Source: Bdellovibrionales bacterium (GTDB lineage: Bacteria; Bdellovibrionota; Bdellovibrionia; Bdellovibrionales; JAMPXM01). From it: a stretch of 64,000 nt of DNA. The notes under the pieces are model-generated. The model saw only the letters and a program-made list of their open reading frames with translations. It did no database searches and was not told where the DNA came from. Below, in pieces: positions 10,750 through 18,108 of this stretch. Location: the NCBI GenBank assembly GCA_043739185.1, contig JAYUEN010000107.1, positions 106 to 64,105 on the forward strand, given 5' to 3'. Numbering within the stretch: the first letter of the stretch is position 1; each line of letters starts with the position of its first letter. The translations under genes were made by a program, and so were the position numbers.

Positions 10750-11180
10750 TCGCCGATATCGTTTATTTGTTGTCGGACCTGAAACTTTTCTAAGTATGAC
10801 TTGTTTTTACTAAAGTCTGCAAACAAAACTCGCTGCAGATGTTTTTCGCGGGCGGTTTTGATGGCGATCTCGATCAAATACTCCGTGATTTCTTGGTCAA
10901 CTCCCAGAATCATTTCAACCCACAGACTTTGGGTTTGGCGATTTAAAAATAAGAGTGGTTGCGCAAGAAAGAATCCAACAACCTGATCTGATGGCGAGGT
11001 GGCGACGAAGCTCCAACCACATTTTAAATAATGCTCGAGTGATTCTTTTCGCCAAGCTGCCGTCCACGAATCAAACATAAAAGCGGTAGCGTCCTCTGAC
11101 CTCTTAGACAAAAACTCATTTGCAAAACTATAAATACGATCTTGATCAATAGCTGAAGCAACAAAAAATTGATTGGGCAT
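10731..11180 (-). CDS. Hypothetical protein, possibly GNAT-fold
   Basis: 149-aa ORF overlapping the glpD start by 19 nt. It has a weak GNAT-like beta-alpha pattern (VVGFFLAQ ... IEIAIKTAREKHLQRVLF). Confidence 0.35.
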   Translation of the reverse strand: MPNQFFVASAIDQDRIYSFANEFLSKRSEDATAFMFDSWTAAWRKESLEHYLKCGWSFVATSPSDQVVGFFLAQPLLFLNRQTQSLWVEMILGVDQEITEYLIEIAIKTAREKHLQRVLFADFSKNKSYLEKFQVRQQINDIGEWNYLK

Positions 11181-11213
11181 AATGAATCCACGTTTTATTT
11201 TTGAGGTTTCTTA

Positions 11214-11263
11214 TAAGACTCGTCCAGAAATAAATTGTAGAATTTATTTCTGGACGAGTCTTA
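11214..11263. repeat. Perfect 23-bp inverted repeat (4-nt spacer) in a divergent promoter region
   Basis: TAAGACTCGTCCAGAAATAAATT (11214-11236), GTAG spacer, AATTTATTTCTGGACGAGTCTTA (11241-11263). It lies between a minus-strand start at 11180 and a plus-strand start at 11285. Confidence 0.9.
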
Positions 11264-11284
11264 ATTCAGCAGTGATAATACTTT

Positions 11285-12073
11285 ATGCAATCAACTTCTG
11301 CCACTCCCATTACTGAATTTTCTGATACTTTGACCCGTGAGTTAGAGACTCAGATCTTAAAGGCCAAAAAGCCCAATACAAAGTCCTTTGCTGCATTTGA
11401 TGCAGACGGCACTCTTTGGGATACTGACGTCGGTGATATTTTCTTTTTATATCAAATCAAAAACTGCAATTTACCCAATATGCCAGCCGACCCGTGGCAG
11501 CACTATATGAATTTAAAATCTCAAGATCGAGTCAAAGCCTATTATTGGTTGGCGCAAATTAGCGCCGGGCAAAAGCTGTCGCAAGTGCACGCTTGGGCAA
11601 AATCAGCTCTACTAGATTTTGAAAATAGCCACGGGCCACTTCCGATTCTGAAGTCAAATTTGCGCCTTATTCAATTTCTTAAAAAGACGGGCGTCGATGT
11701 TTTTGTGGTAACTGCTTCGGTGAAATGGGCGGTTGAACCCGCTGCCGCACGACTTGGAATTCCTCCTGAGAATGTCTTAGGTTTTCATACTGAGGTTGAC
11801 GACGGAATTGTAACCGAACGCCCCATAGCACCACCGACATATCGCCAAGGTAAAGCGGATGCAGTTTTGAAGGCGAGTGGCGGCGTCGCTCCAATCTTTT
11901 GTGCGGGTAATACCTTCGGTGATACCGCCATGCTCAATTGCGCTTCGGCAGTTAGACTCGCAGTGCGTACGCAAAGCACCCTAGATACTCATAGCCCTTT
12001 ACTAGAGGAAGAGCTTATCCTGCAAAAAGAGGCGCAAGAAAAGCACTGGTTCACTCACGCCTTTCGACCATAA
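11285..12073 (+). CDS. HAD-superfamily hydrolase (subfamily IB, phosphoserine-phosphatase-like)
   Basis: HAD motif I FDADGTLWDTD, a later VTAS motif and a C-terminal GNTFGDTAM (motif IV-like). Confidence 0.7.
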   Translation: MQSTSATPITEFSDTLTRELETQILKAKKPNTKSFAAFDADGTLWDTDVGDIFFLYQIKNCNLPNMPADPWQHYMNLKSQDRVKAYYWLAQISAGQKLSQVHAWAKSALLDFENSHGPLPILKSNLRLIQFLKKTGVDVFVVTASVKWAVEPAAARLGIPPENVLGFHTEVDDGIVTERPIAPPTYRQGKADAVLKASGGVAPIFCAGNTFGDTAMLNCASAVRLAVRTQSTLDTHSPLLEEELILQKEAQEKHWFTHAFRP

Positions 12074-12146
12074 GGAGGCCTACTTCCCGTAGGCCGGCAC
12101 AAGCTGACGACGAAGGCAACGAAGCTCCCACTAATTTTGAGCTCAT

Positions 12147-13484
12147 CTACGCACGAAAGAACTTTGGCGTCTCATTCATCATAGTTTCGACATCTGAAAT
12201 CTCTTTTGGGCATTTCAATGTTAAATTGTCATAGCCAGTATCGGTAACCAAGATATTGTCTTCAATTCGCACGCCAATTCCGCGAAGCTCTTTTGGCGCA
12301 CTTTCGTCATTTGCAGGAATATAGAGCCCTGGTTCGACGGTAAATAAAAACCCCGACTCAATTCTGCGCGGCTCACCACCAACTAAGTAGAGCCCGGCAT
12401 CATGAACATCCATACCCAAATAATGACTCACGCCATGCATATAATATTTTTTAAAATCAAGATTCTGAATGAGTTCGGCGCGATTTCCGTGCAGCAATTT
12501 TAATTCGATCATCAAGTCCGTTAACATTTCAATCGTTGTTTCTTGCAGTTTTTGAAATGCAAGCCCCGGTTTAACCATATCAATGATTTTCTTTTGAACT
12601 TGCAAAACGCCATTATAAACTGTTTTTTGGGCGGGGCTAAATTTTCCGTTGATAGGATAATCTCGGGTGATATCACCGGTATAATAATTAAATTCAGCAC
12701 CCGCATCGATCAATAAAAGTTCGCCATCTTTGCACACCTGATCGTTGAATACATAGTGCAATGTCGTTGCATTGGCTCCGGTTGCTACAATAGTTCCGTA
12801 GCCCTCGCGCTTTGCACCCAAGAGCATACTGGTTCCCAAAAACACACCTTGAAGCTGATTTTCAGTAACACCAGGCTTAGTAAATCGCATGACTTCGCAG
12901 TGAGCCTCTGCAGAGATTTCACAGGCTTTTCGAATACTCACCAGTTCTTCGTTCGATTTTTTTAGACGTAATTCTCCCAAAAGTTCCCGCGCATCGTATA
13001 TCGGCAAAACGCCTCTGCCGCTACGGCCATGGCTGGCCCGCACACTTTGCACCAGCTTCAAGATCTCATGATCGAATTCAGAATGAATTCCCCATTGATG
13101 ATAAATTTTATCAACAGGTTTTAAGAGTTCTGTGGCCTTTTCGGCAAATTCAGAAATAAGGTAACACTGATCAATATGAAATTCGGACGCCGCACCCGAT
13201 GGCCCGTAACGAAAACCATCCCAAGTTTCACGCTCCTGATCCTTTGGCCTGACAAACAAAATTGTTTCGGGACTCATACCAGGTCTAAAAATAAAAATAC
13301 TTTCAGGCTCTTCAAACCCAGTCAAATAAAACAAATTGCTGTCTTGGCGATAGGGATGAGAAACATCATTGTTACGAATATATTCTGGATGAGAATGTAG
13401 GATGAGCGCACTTCCTGAAATTTTAGTTTTTAACTGCGCCCGTCGCTCTTTAAAATTTTGAATATTATGCGAAGATTTTCTCAT
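12147..13484 (-). CDS. pepP: Xaa-Pro aminopeptidase (M24B)
   Basis: M24B metal-ligand motifs are present: LIDAGAEFNYYTGDITR, HGVSHYLGMDVHD, FTVEPGLY and GVRIEDN. Confidence 0.9.
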   Translation of the reverse strand: MRKSSHNIQNFKERRAQLKTKISGSALILHSHPEYIRNNDVSHPYRQDSNLFYLTGFEEPESIFIFRPGMSPETILFVRPKDQERETWDGFRYGPSGAASEFHIDQCYLISEFAEKATELLKPVDKIYHQWGIHSEFDHEILKLVQSVRASHGRSGRGVLPIYDARELLGELRLKKSNEELVSIRKACEISAEAHCEVMRFTKPGVTENQLQGVFLGTSMLLGAKREGYGTIVATGANATTLHYVFNDQVCKDGELLLIDAGAEFNYYTGDITRDYPINGKFSPAQKTVYNGVLQVQKKIIDMVKPGLAFQKLQETTIEMLTDLMIELKLLHGNRAELIQNLDFKKYYMHGVSHYLGMDVHDAGLYLVGGEPRRIESGFLFTVEPGLYIPANDESAPKELRGIGVRIEDNILVTDTGYDNLTLKCPKEISDVETMMNETPKFFRA

Positions 13485-13493
13485 TATGACCCC

Positions 13494-14531
13494 TTAAAAT
13501 CCATATTGGTTTACAAGTTTACTGACTACGTCTTTAGCAGAATTAGCACCCTGTTCAATTAAATTTCTTCTCAGTTCAAAATCAATTATTGAAACATTTG
13601 ACGTATTGACCTGAATGATTTGATTCACGCCATTGATTTTTGAGCGGTTGAGTTCGTGTTGGAGTTGACTCATCAATACTTGCTCTACCGGATATTCTCC
13701 GCGAATGGACTTAGGAAAAACGTCCCCGCCAGACATGACATTCACAAAAATGACCAAGTTAATATTTCTGGCTCGCAAAAAATTGGCGGCCTCTTCAACC
13801 TCAAAGGGCGCCGCTACAAAAGAGCGATTGTCTGCAAAATAAGGCGGATAAGGCAAGCATTTGCTCAAGCCATCACGAAGTGAGCCCTTACCTAAAAAAA
13901 CCAAGCGATCTTGGCTAAGATTATAGGTTGGGCAGGCAAATTCAATTTTTGTCTTTTCAAATAAATTGCCGCCAAAAACTTGATTTAAATAGTCTGCAAA
14001 TATTGAAACTTGTTCAGGCTTGATTCGTGAGCCTAAAAAGCCCTTGCCCGGAACATCACTTTCTCGCATTCGCATGGCTTTGAATTCAAGCTCATTGACC
14101 TGGCCTTGCATGGAATACAAGCCGCCCATAAGCGCTCCCCATTCAAGTCCAATAACATAGTTAATTGGAATTCGCGCTCGCGAGAATTCTTTCAATACAC
14201 CTATATGTGCGAAGCTTCTCATGCCACCTGGTCCCAAAATTATCCCCACCCGTGGACTCTCTTTTGGAAGAGGAATTTCAACCGGCGCAACTGGTGCTCC
14301 TGAAATATTTTGATTGGGCGTACTCACAACAACATTTGGTGCAGGCGTCGGTGCTGTCTCTGGGGTCGATGTTTTATGGCCACCCTTTTTTGCTTCTTGG
14401 TCGCGCACACTCACAACCGAAGTAGGGTTGGCATCATGACGCGTAGAAAGCGCGTTGCAACCTACCACCAAGAATAGGCTCCACAAACCTAAAATATAAA
14501 ACAGCTTTTGCATTTGCTCGGTATCTCCCAA
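13494..14531 (-). CDS. Patatin-like phospholipase-domain lipoprotein with a degenerate catalytic dyad
   Basis: Lipobox LFLVVGC. Patatin block 1 is GIILGPGGMRSFAHIGVLKEF. At the position of the GxSxG nucleophile elbow the sequence reads GLEWGALMGGLY (Ser replaced by Glu). Confidence 0.65.
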   Translation of the reverse strand: MGDTEQMQKLFYILGLWSLFLVVGCNALSTRHDANPTSVVSVRDQEAKKGGHKTSTPETAPTPAPNVVVSTPNQNISGAPVAPVEIPLPKESPRVGIILGPGGMRSFAHIGVLKEFSRARIPINYVIGLEWGALMGGLYSMQGQVNELEFKAMRMRESDVPGKGFLGSRIKPEQVSIFADYLNQVFGGNLFEKTKIEFACPTYNLSQDRLVFLGKGSLRDGLSKCLPYPPYFADNRSFVAAPFEVEEAANFLRARNINLVIFVNVMSGGDVFPKSIRGEYPVEQVLMSQLQHELNRSKINGVNQIIQVNTSNVSIIDFELRRNLIEQGANSAKDVVSKLVNQYGF

Positions 14532-14541
14532 TGGCCGCGAG

Positions 14542-15414
14542 TTAGTTTTTTCTAGCTAAGTTGAATCGAACCATTTCACGCAAACTTTCAGCCTTCTGAT
14601 CCCATCCAGACAAATGCTCCAAACACTTTTCGGTCAACTGATTCAAATAAAGTTGTGCTTCTTTTTCACCCATAAAGCTAGTGTAACTTGTACCCTTATC
14701 TTCTGGGTGATCCAAAAGATCATCTTTTACTTGAAAGGCCAAGCCGAGACTCAAGCCGAACTGTAAGAGATCGGAAGCTTGCTGTACGCTTGCTCCACAG
14801 GCTAAACCAGCACCCTCAATTGAGGCCATAATCAGCGCTCCGGTTTTCTGTTGGTTCAACAATCTCAATTCATCAAATTCTGAAAGCTTTTTCTCGTGGC
14901 TTTCAAGATCTCTAATTTGGCCTGATATCATTCCGTGCATACCTGCGGCCCGAGACAGGGTGCTGACGAGCTTAAGTCCCAATTCCGGTTTAGAAGAATA
15001 TTTCTCAGCAATAATTGAAAAGGCCTCGGTCAAAAGTGCATCGCCAGCTAAAAGCGCTGTCGCCTCTCCGAATACTTTGTGGTTCGAAGCTTCCCCTCTA
15101 CGAAAATCATCATCGTCTACACAAGGAAGATCATCATGGATGAGCGAGTAGGTATGCACACATTCAAGTGCCGCAGCAAAGGCTATGACTTTTTGGGTCT
15201 GGCCGCCCAGCGCTTCAGCGGTAAGGCACGCGAGACCTGCGCGAAAACGCTTCGCCGCCTTTTGTAAGAGTGAATAGCGAACAGCATCTAAAATTAAGCT
15301 GTGAATTTCAGGAGTTTTTTTAAAGTGCTGACTCAAGAAATCTTCAACTAGCTGAGCATACAATTTATTTTTTGCCTCGAGTGGGTTTTTGGTTTCACTC
15401 ATTTTATTTATCAC
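14542..15414 (-). CDS. ispA: Farnesyl diphosphate synthase / geranyltranstransferase
   Basis: First and second Asp-rich motifs are present: LIHDDLPCVDDDDFRRG and FQVKDDLLD. Confidence 0.9.
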   Translation of the reverse strand: MINKMSETKNPLEAKNKLYAQLVEDFLSQHFKKTPEIHSLILDAVRYSLLQKAAKRFRAGLACLTAEALGGQTQKVIAFAAALECVHTYSLIHDDLPCVDDDDFRRGEASNHKVFGEATALLAGDALLTEAFSIIAEKYSSKPELGLKLVSTLSRAAGMHGMISGQIRDLESHEKKLSEFDELRLLNQQKTGALIMASIEGAGLACGASVQQASDLLQFGLSLGLAFQVKDDLLDHPEDKGTSYTSFMGEKEAQLYLNQLTEKCLEHLSGWDQKAESLREMVRFNLARKN

Positions 15415-15628
15415 TTGTCGAAAAGTCTTGAGTCAACGGCGCCCCGGCTTGATCAAAACCCATCAAAATCTTCACCTTTTGCTCGGCATCGTTAAGCTGC
15501 GTATTGCATTCTCGAGAAAGCTTCACGCCTTCTTCAAACAGCTTAAGCGATTCTTCAAGGGCCAGTTCTCCGGCCTCCATTTTTTCGACTATAGTTTCAA
15601 GTCGAGTCAGCTTTTTTTCAAAATCCAT
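15404..15628 (-). CDS. xseB: Exodeoxyribonuclease VII small subunit
   Basis: 74-aa protein FEKKLTRLETIVEKMEAGELALEESLKLFEEGVKLSRECNTQL, the typical XseB pattern. It lies directly downstream of xseA. Confidence 0.9.
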   Translation of the reverse strand: MDFEKKLTRLETIVEKMEAGELALEESLKLFEEGVKLSRECNTQLNDAEQKVKILMGFDQAGAPLTQDFSTSDK

Positions 15629-15639
15629 AAGCTTCGCTC

Positions 15640-17163
15640 CTATTCCTTTTTTGCTAATAACTGTGTAATTTTTGCAAGAGCCTCGCCCTTTGCAAAGCGC
15701 ACTTGAATTTCTTGTCCTAGTTTCAAACTCTTTGAATCTTTAATAATTTGTCCCTCTGCTTTAACAATCGAATAGCCACGCTCTACCACCCGTAGCGGGC
15801 TCAAAGAATCGAGCAAAGAAAAGTAAGCTTTCAGGCTTTGGGTTCTTCGCTGCAAAAGATTTTGCATTTGAGTTTGTATTCTTGCCTGCAGAGTTTCGAT
15901 ACGAACTCGCGACCGACCCAACAAGGCCTCAGGTGTTCCGAGACGATGGGTCAAAATTTCAAGGCCCATTATATGTTCACTCAAATAACGATTGACGGAT
16001 AGCTCGAGGCGAATCATCAAATCATCATTTCGCTGGGACATATCTTGCAGCATCCTCGCGGGATCGATCAAAGCTCTGGCTAACAAATTAATCTTTTGTT
16101 TCAACATTTGAATTTGGCGATTGAAACTGGCCTGAAGACTGCGCTCACCATTTCTAATTTTATTTTGCAAATCCTCGGCGTTTTGCACAACTAGCTCGGC
16201 CGCAGCTGAAGGTGTCGGCGCCCTCAAGTCAGCAACAAAATCTGCGATGGTAAAATCAATTTCGTGTCCCACCGCTGATATAGTCGGAACTCGAGAGGCC
16301 GCAATTGCTCGCGCCACACGCTCGTCATTAAATGCCCAGAGATCTTCGATTGAACCGCCGCCGCGACCAACAATTAAAACATCAACATCTCGCATGCGAT
16401 TTGCGGACTCAATGCCTGCGACAACTTCCGACGGCGCCTGATCTCCCTGAACTTTGGCCGGGATCAAGGTGATGCGCGCACCTCGATATCGCCTACCCAA
16501 AACATTGAGCATATCGCGAATTGCGGCGCCTGTTGGAGAGGTGACTATTGCTATATGGTGTGGCAGCGCAGGCAAACTTCTTTTTCGCTCTGGAGCAAAC
16601 AAGCCTTCGGCTTGAAGTTTCTCTTTGAGCTGTTCGAAGGCTTTTTGCAAAGCTCCTGCGCCCACAGGTTCCATAAGTTCTGCAAAAATTTGATAATTTC
16701 CGCGCGGTTCGTAAACCGTTACTTTTCCGCGCACCAAAACTTCCATGCCGTCATGCGGTTTAAATTTTAGCTGCTGATTGAAGCCGCGAAACATAACTGC
16801 CGAAATTTGAGCCTTAGAGTCTTTCAATGAAAAATAATAATGCCCTGATGTATGGGCTTTAAAGTTAGATATTTCGCCCTTGATCCAAACCAGGGGAAAT
16901 TCACCTTCTAAAATATTTTTGATCCATTTGTTAAGCTCATATATTGAAAGCACTTGCGGAGCTGTTTTACCTGCCGACTTAGCTTCACTTTTGCCGGCCT
17001 CATCTGCGGCTTTTTCATTGATACCTTCTTGGGGCAAGGTCGACGTGTTTGGGTGTGCAATCGTCTTTGGCGCCTGCGCAAATTCTAGGGGCGCCCAGTT
17101 GAGTTCTGAAAAATTAAATTGCTCTTGTTCTTTTGCCACTCGATTGCCCTCGCGCTCAAGCAA
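15640..17163 (-). CDS. xseA: Exodeoxyribonuclease VII large subunit
   Basis: OB-fold N-terminal motif VWIKGEISNFKAHTSGHYYFSLKD and catalytic core GRGGGSIEDLWAFNDE. An N-terminal extension of about 70 aa means the true start may be further downstream. Confidence 0.9.
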   Translation of the reverse strand: MLEREGNRVAKEQEQFNFSELNWAPLEFAQAPKTIAHPNTSTLPQEGINEKAADEAGKSEAKSAGKTAPQVLSIYELNKWIKNILEGEFPLVWIKGEISNFKAHTSGHYYFSLKDSKAQISAVMFRGFNQQLKFKPHDGMEVLVRGKVTVYEPRGNYQIFAELMEPVGAGALQKAFEQLKEKLQAEGLFAPERKRSLPALPHHIAIVTSPTGAAIRDMLNVLGRRYRGARITLIPAKVQGDQAPSEVVAGIESANRMRDVDVLIVGRGGGSIEDLWAFNDERVARAIAASRVPTISAVGHEIDFTIADFVADLRAPTPSAAAELVVQNAEDLQNKIRNGERSLQASFNRQIQMLKQKINLLARALIDPARMLQDMSQRNDDLMIRLELSVNRYLSEHIMGLEILTHRLGTPEALLGRSRVRIETLQARIQTQMQNLLQRRTQSLKAYFSLLDSLSPLRVVERGYSIVKAEGQIIKDSKSLKLGQEIQVRFAKGEALAKITQLLAKKE

Positions 17164-17198
17164 ATTACGTTTTCGAGGGCCTGCCAGTCAAGTTAGAA

Positions 17199-17429
17199 TC
17201 AAGAAAACCAGAGGTTTTCAAGTACCCAAAGTCCGCCTACAAAAAAGCTAACCCAGGCAAGCGAGCTATGAGACTTGAGGCGATTCCAGGCGTCGTTTGG
17301 TACGAATTTCGCCCCTAATTTTTGCGTGATTTTTAAGTTCAATACGAGAATCAGGGCTGCTCCGTAAATGAAAACAATAAGCGGAAATATGTGGTCGAGT
17401 TTTTGAATAAAGCCATTTGAATATTCCAT
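17199..17429 (-). CDS. Small two-TM membrane protein (hypothetical)
   Basis: The ORF encodes two hydrophobic helices (IFPLIVFIYGAALILVL and LAWVSFFVGGLWVL). The start is placed at the internal ATG (MEYSNG). The ORF-track start is 17462. Confidence 0.3.
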   Translation of the reverse strand: MEYSNGFIQKLDHIFPLIVFIYGAALILVLNLKITQKLGAKFVPNDAWNRLKSHSSLAWVSFFVGGLWVLENLWFS

Positions 17430-17546
17430 AATCTCTTCTCGGAACTTTAAGTGTTCCCTCAATACGGACCAAGAGACAGATTTGAAGACCTGTAAAAACG
17501 CAATTTTTATTTTTTCAAGACTAAAATCTCATCTCGACGCAAGTTT

Positions 17547-17825
17547 ATTTTGTAGGATTCAATACAGGGCCAGTGCTTTTGCTTGCGAAATTTGACCTGA
17601 ACAAAAGAGCTTGTTATGATTTGGGTAAGGTATCTGTGGCATTATGCACAGAAGTAAAGAAACCCTACAAGTATAGAGATAGGGGACCGTCCCTGGAAAT
17701 GGTGTGCAAGCTCTGCCTTCGGGACCAGAGAAGCCTAAAGTTTCTATCATGGTCACCCACCTTAACAAATACGGGTTTCTCATTTCTGTTTGCGCCACAG
17801 GTCCCTATTTTTTTTAAAACAAAAT
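17547..17825 (+). ncRNA. Candidate 6S RNA (SsrS-like), unusually long
   Basis: A non-coding 646-bp gap contains, in the same order and with similar spacing as E. coli 6S RNA (recalled from memory), GGGCCAGT (17567), CCAGAGAAGCCTAAA (17725-17739), CACCTTAAC (17758) and GGGTTT (17773). An irregular closing stem is possible: 17566-17576 with 17794-17806, and 17547-17553 with 17819-17825. Boundaries are approximate. Confidence 0.4.
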
Positions 17826-18062
17826 CAGCGAACCCATAAACTGCCTACAGCAAAACCGAAACTGTTCACCGAAACCGAAACAGCAGACCGCCAACTGCTG
17901 ACCGCTGCCGGCAAACCGACATCCGCACCCAAGCCCTTTGCCCAGATCCTCTCCTCAATCATGAGATCTGATTCCTTCACCCAGGATTATTTGAGAAACT
18001 ATGTTTGAAACTTTCTCAATATGAAACACATTACAATTTGAATAATCATTAGGGCTGTTTTG

Positions 18063-18078
18063 TGGCACCTGTGTTGCA
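18063..18078 (+). promoter_or_regulatory. Sigma-54 (-24/-12) promoter
   Basis: TGGCACctgtgTTGCA matches the TGGCAC-N5-TTGCW consensus exactly, with GG-N10-GC spacing. It lies about 30 nt upstream of the ATG at 18109. A GGAGGG Shine-Dalgarno sits at 18094-18099. Confidence 0.75.
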
Positions 18079-18108
18079 CATTTAGACAGTAGCGGAGGGC
18101 AGATCCAA

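Noticed and set aside
17559-17839. Two mutually antisense ORFs (79 and 88 aa). I also considered SRP RNA and a c-di-GMP-I (GEMM-I) riboswitch for this region.
   Set aside because: The ORF products are not protein-like and have no RBS. The SRP helix-8 motif (GGUCCGGAAGGAAGCAGCC-like) and the GEMM-I core (ACGCACAGGGCAAACC ... GGGACGCAAAGCC) match only in fragments and in the wrong order. The 6S-like ordering fits better, so that is what I reported.
17856-17880. Short tandem CCGAAAC repeats (CCGAAACTGTTCACCGAAACCGAAAC).
   Set aside because: They are too short and irregular for a CRISPR array or a meaningful tandem repeat. This looks like low-complexity intergenic sequence and is mentioned only under the recurrent-motif finding.
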